Both the position numbers and the translations under genes were made by a program. The notes below the pieces were generated by a model that made no database searches, was not told where the DNA came from, and saw only the letters and a program-made list of their open reading frames with translations. 64,000 nucleotides of DNA, taken from assembly GCA_032718475.1 (NCBI GenBank), contig JAUCBJ010000238.1:41647-105646 (forward strand), written 5' to 3'. Source of the stretch: Nemertoderma westbladi. Taxonomy: Eukaryota; Animalia; Xenacoelomorpha. Positions 60,121 through 64,000 of the stretch are shown in pieces (within the stretch, counting starts at the first letter, position 1; the number at the start of each line of letters is the position of its first letter).

Positions 60121-61970
60121 CTAGCAATATTATGGTTGGTAGGTGAGTGAAGGGGTGGAAAGGTGGCTGGATGGGAATAGGCCGTGATATTGGTTATGGA
60201 TGGAGATGGGATAATTCGGTGAGAAAGGGGGAATGGGAATACAGTAATTATGTAGTGATTACTGCATTTCTAAAATCATAATCTTGAAGGAGTGTATTTT
60301 TGTATGTTTGCCTACGGAGGCGCGAAAAATCGATTACAGAATTAATACATCAATCAGAGGTCACTTTCTTGACTATCACTATTTAATGTTTTCTCACTCG
60401 TCTTTTCAAGGTCCTCACGGCTTTATTATTTTAACTCTCACCCATAATTCAATTCAATTCAATTAATAAATTTCCAAAATTTTCTTTAATAATAAATGGG
60501 TGAGCAGGTGGGGCAGGTGCAGGGCAGGTAGTCCCGAAACTAGGAATTCCTTTTCGATGACGTTTGAGGCCAGGCTCTCTGATGGAATGGCTCCCTGTAC
60601 GGAGTCTACAGAGTGAGTAAGAGCTTCCACACTGGGTGACAGGGACAGTGGGGTGAGCGCCGGTTGTACTGTAGTTGCTGATTGTGTAAAAATACTTAAA
60701 AACTTTATTTTGTTCATAACCGGTTTGTCCAACCCTGTCAGTCCACCCACGTTCACTGTCACCTTTACGGGTTTAAGACAAACTTCACATATTATATTAT
60801 ATTATATTATGTAGGTTACTTCAACCCTTCCGCATCCTCTAACCAATTAAATTATTTTATTGATTTGTAAGGTTTCTTAAAACATTGTAAACATCTTCTG
60901 TAGTTCCGTTGCGATGCGATAAACGTTGGTAAAATCTTAACATGTGATGTTACTGTATATTCGTGGAATGTAACTCATTGATCTCAACCCCCATAAGCTA
61001 CACATAACATAAGCAATATAATGTGCATAACTGTAGGCCTGCGTTCTCAGTATTATTACAACGAATTATATAACATGTCAGTAGGCCTACAGTATTTGGT
61101 GGTAGTGATGCAAATCTACTCTATTGTTGGTCTATAATACAGTAGATACATAGATGTCCAGGAACAAGTAAATGACCTGATGTGTTATCGTGCTAGCACT
61201 AACATACTGTAACTACGATAAAAAAATATTATATTGTTCCTGAATTTTGAGTATCGGTATTTATTAAATAGAATAAAATATATTCGCGTAGATTTAAAAC
61301 CATGCAACTTTCGAACACATTATCTCAGCTATTTATAACGAAATTCATCATATTATTTTATTATCTTGGGGGTGGAACCTGTACCAGAATAACGACACTA
61401 TATTCAAAGACATGGTGTAAATTTATGAGAATAATTCATATTTTCGCTTACGAGTAATACAATTTTTTTTCTAGTTGCTATGGATACTAGTGGGAGAAAC
61501 TCCATTGAAACTCCAAGCTATAGTGAATTTCGTGAGAATATTGACAAAAGAGATACTTTCCAAAATTTGTATCGAATAACATTATATGAATTTTAGTGAA
61601 TAAAACTTGTGCGTGATATTCTCACGTACAAGCAGAATTGTGACAATGATACCAAGGCCACTGACAGTGACTGTGTAGTGTAGAGTACCAGGCATAATTA
61701 GCAGATTAGCAGGCATAATTATTGGTTTCCTACACGAATTTGGAAAACGGCCTTTGTATAATTATAACCTTCCTCTGTTTGCTCACAGTTGGAACTCACC
61801 CCTCACACCTTTAAAAGTCCAACCACACCTCTATCAATACCCATTACATGAAGTCAATTCAATAACATAATAATTCTCACAACTTATGCGATGTAACCTA
61901 CATATTTATTTTATACAGCAACAACTGCAGGATTGATCAATAGTGATCCAATTAATGCTGGTCAAATTTA

Positions 61971-62642
61971 ATGGGTCACACTGCCAGCCAGGTTGGACCG
62001 GTATCATACAGTATAATGTTCCTCATCTTTCTCGTTTCATTACACTTGACCCTCGTCTGCGGCTTTACATGTCCATGGGGTCAAAATTGGACCATGTCCT
62101 CTGAAAACGGAGATCTTCAGAAATATATCGAAGGTTTGGCGACAATATATTCTGAGAGTAATGAGCTCTTTAAAGTCTCTCAAATTCAAACCAATTGTCA
62201 TGTTTGTCGAACCATCGAATTCAGAACGAGGGGATACTCGTCAGAGTACGATGCCGAAATCTCTGTAGAATACGTAGAGTGGCGGTGCGAACCTGAAGGC
62301 AACTGTGTACCTCTCATAGAGGACGCTTGCCAGTATATGTGGACCGTTGTACTCCCAGAGGCTAATGTGAGGGAAGAAGATCGACAATTGTATGGAAGAA
62401 TGTCCATTGTGAAAGCAATGCAAACCGACCTTACAGATATAGTTGACGAGTGTCAACTCGACTGCTGTGATGGGCCTTGCCCTCGCGCACAATGGAAAAG
62501 TGACGACATAACTACCACGGTAGAGACAACGGAGGTTTACACTTCCTCTACAATAACGGATAGCGGAACAGATGACGTCACAGCAATGTCGACCCTCGTG
62601 ACTGTGGTGTTTCTATTCGTAACATTTTTGGGACGAATGTAG
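61971..62642 (+). CDS. Secreted, probably GPI-anchored Cys-rich protein, Ly6/uPAR (three-finger)-like
   Basis: Signal peptide MFLIFLVSLHLTLVCG (likely start at the second Met). Ten Cys in the mature part ending in CCDGPC, a Thr/Ser stalk and a C-terminal hydrophobic tail. An upstream acceptor TTTTATACAG lies at about 61918 and AATAAA at 62696 and 62744. Confidence 0.75.
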   Translation: MGHTASQVGPVSYSIMFLIFLVSLHLTLVCGFTCPWGQNWTMSSENGDLQKYIEGLATIYSESNELFKVSQIQTNCHVCRTIEFRTRGYSSEYDAEISVEYVEWRCEPEGNCVPLIEDACQYMWTVVLPEANVREEDRQLYGRMSIVKAMQTDLTDIVDECQLDCCDGPCPRAQWKSDDITTTVETTEVYTSSTITDSGTDDVTAMSTLVTVVFLFVTFLGRM

Positions 62643-63346
62643 AGATACAGTATAGGCCCACAGTATAACTAAACTACTGTACTATTGTTGGAGGGAAATA
62701 AAATCCACTAGGGTGGAGGGTGGTGGCGCTTTCTGGTACAACTAATAAACTATTATGTGAGGTGTTGTAGGCCTAATCATTAGTAGTCGACATTTCTAAA
62801 AATACAATTTTCTTTAACATATCCCCTTTATTGTTCGCATAAGTGCGGACAATAAAGACTTTAATATCCGCATTTACGGACTATAAAGTAAATATCCAAT
62901 CAACGATCTGAAAGTTAAATCTGTTGATTTCGCATTATTTATTCTACATCAGTAATTAATTACGCTGGTAATAAATGATACATTTAGCATTAAAATGTTT
63001 AGTTGTAGGATACTTTGGTCCAGTAGGTAGTTTAATCAAATGTTTGGTTGAATATTTGATTAAATTCTGGAATATCCCCTTCACTCACAAAGTAGTAGCT
63101 AGTGTAGTAGCTAGTATTATTTAATTAAACAATGCTGCAGAATTTAACTCAAATTTGCAATAACTTTGTTAGGTTTAACTTCTAACCTAAAGTGAATATT
63201 TCAAAGAAAACTACAGTAATGTTTTACATGAAGAAAGTATTGTTTGTCCCCCTTATACATTTCCACATTTCCTCGAAATAGTAATTTTTTCATTTCTTTA
63301 ATTCCGAGTTCAACAAGTGTAGTTTCCCAGTGGCCGGGATCGGTTC

Positions 63347-63490
63347 ATGATTCGCGCATCTTTAAAACTTCTGGATTGGATTGAAAACGCTGACTACGCT
63401 TTCAACAAGATGCACAAGTCCGAACGTTCCATTGTTGAGCGGATGTTTTGCGCTATAAAACGTCGTTATATTTGTTCTAGTACCGGTATG
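63347..63490 (+). mobile_element. PIF/Harbinger DDE transposase C-terminal remnant
   Basis: AFNKMHKSERSIVERMFCAIKRRYIC matches FNxxHxxxRxxVERxFGxLKxRFxCL. Confidence 0.75.
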
Positions 63491-63862
63491 AGATCCGAGT
63501 GGCTTTGTTACACGAACGAACGCAGTGAGTGAGTGAAAATAAAGCCACGAGAATCAGAACACTGTAAAGTACTTTGCAACAAGTATGTATGTAGTTTTAT
63601 TCCAAAATTGTAACATTCAGAAATGATTGTATATATATTATAAATGATAGAAACTGCACAAATTATATTAGTTGCTGTATAAATAAATGTAAAAATGACA
63701 TAAATTATGTTATAAATAAGTTAGCTTATATTTATCGCGGCGTTTGGAGCCATTGTTATAATAATATAGCTAGGCCCTACTGGTTATTAATAGCCATACC
63801 CCGCCTACCGGTAGGTAATGTACAGTAGTAGGCCTATCTGGCTGTCAGGCACATTTCCACCC

Positions 63863-63951
63863 ATTGTTTACGTGGTATTTAATGACGGCGTTAAGTAATG
63901 TCAACTTAGTGGACATTACTTAACGCCGTCATGGGTTACCACGTAAACAAT
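63863..63951. other. 89-nt near-perfect hairpin
   Basis: 15-bp and 21-bp perfect stems separated by a 4x4 internal loop, with a ~9-nt terminal loop. Confidence 0.9.
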
Positions 63952-64000
63952 AACACCAAATACGATACTGTATGTACAGGCTAATGCAATGCTGTAATGT

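Noticed and set aside
60463-60762. 99-aa minus-strand ORF or possible exon
   Set aside because: GTG start, weak splice signals and no recognisable domain.

Overview
This is AT-rich, repeat-dense eukaryotic DNA, most likely from an invertebrate animal (inferred from the TE families and genes; the taxon cannot be named from this window). It opens with about 9.8 kb of a 31-bp satellite that has higher-order structure. It contains three host-like ORFs with no introns in the coding sequence: a Cdc25 phosphatase (23981-25537, backdoor Cys replaced by Ser), a divergent RhoGAP-like protein with Gln at the arginine-finger position (32915-34078, minus strand), and a probable GPI-anchored Ly6/uPAR-like protein (61971-62642). 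Between them lie further satellites, five fragments of an RTE-like LINE family, and Merlin-, hAT-, Harbinger- and piggyBac-like non-autonomous DNA elements. From about 39.96 kb there is a decayed BEL/Pao LTR retrotransposon with a Crack/L2-like LINE inserted in its pol. The most novel signal lies in the ~12 kb downstream of pol. Removing a hAT insertion in silico restores a hidden ORF that shares a L[FW]YxCxxCxR...RCxxHxxxRYxxG motif with a 668-aa orphan ORF further downstream. The same region has a duplicated hairpin, a tRNA-like Pol III cassette and LTR-like blocks, which suggests an undescribed accessory zinc-finger gene family associated with BEL/Pao elements. All homology calls come from motif recognition by eye; no database searches were run.
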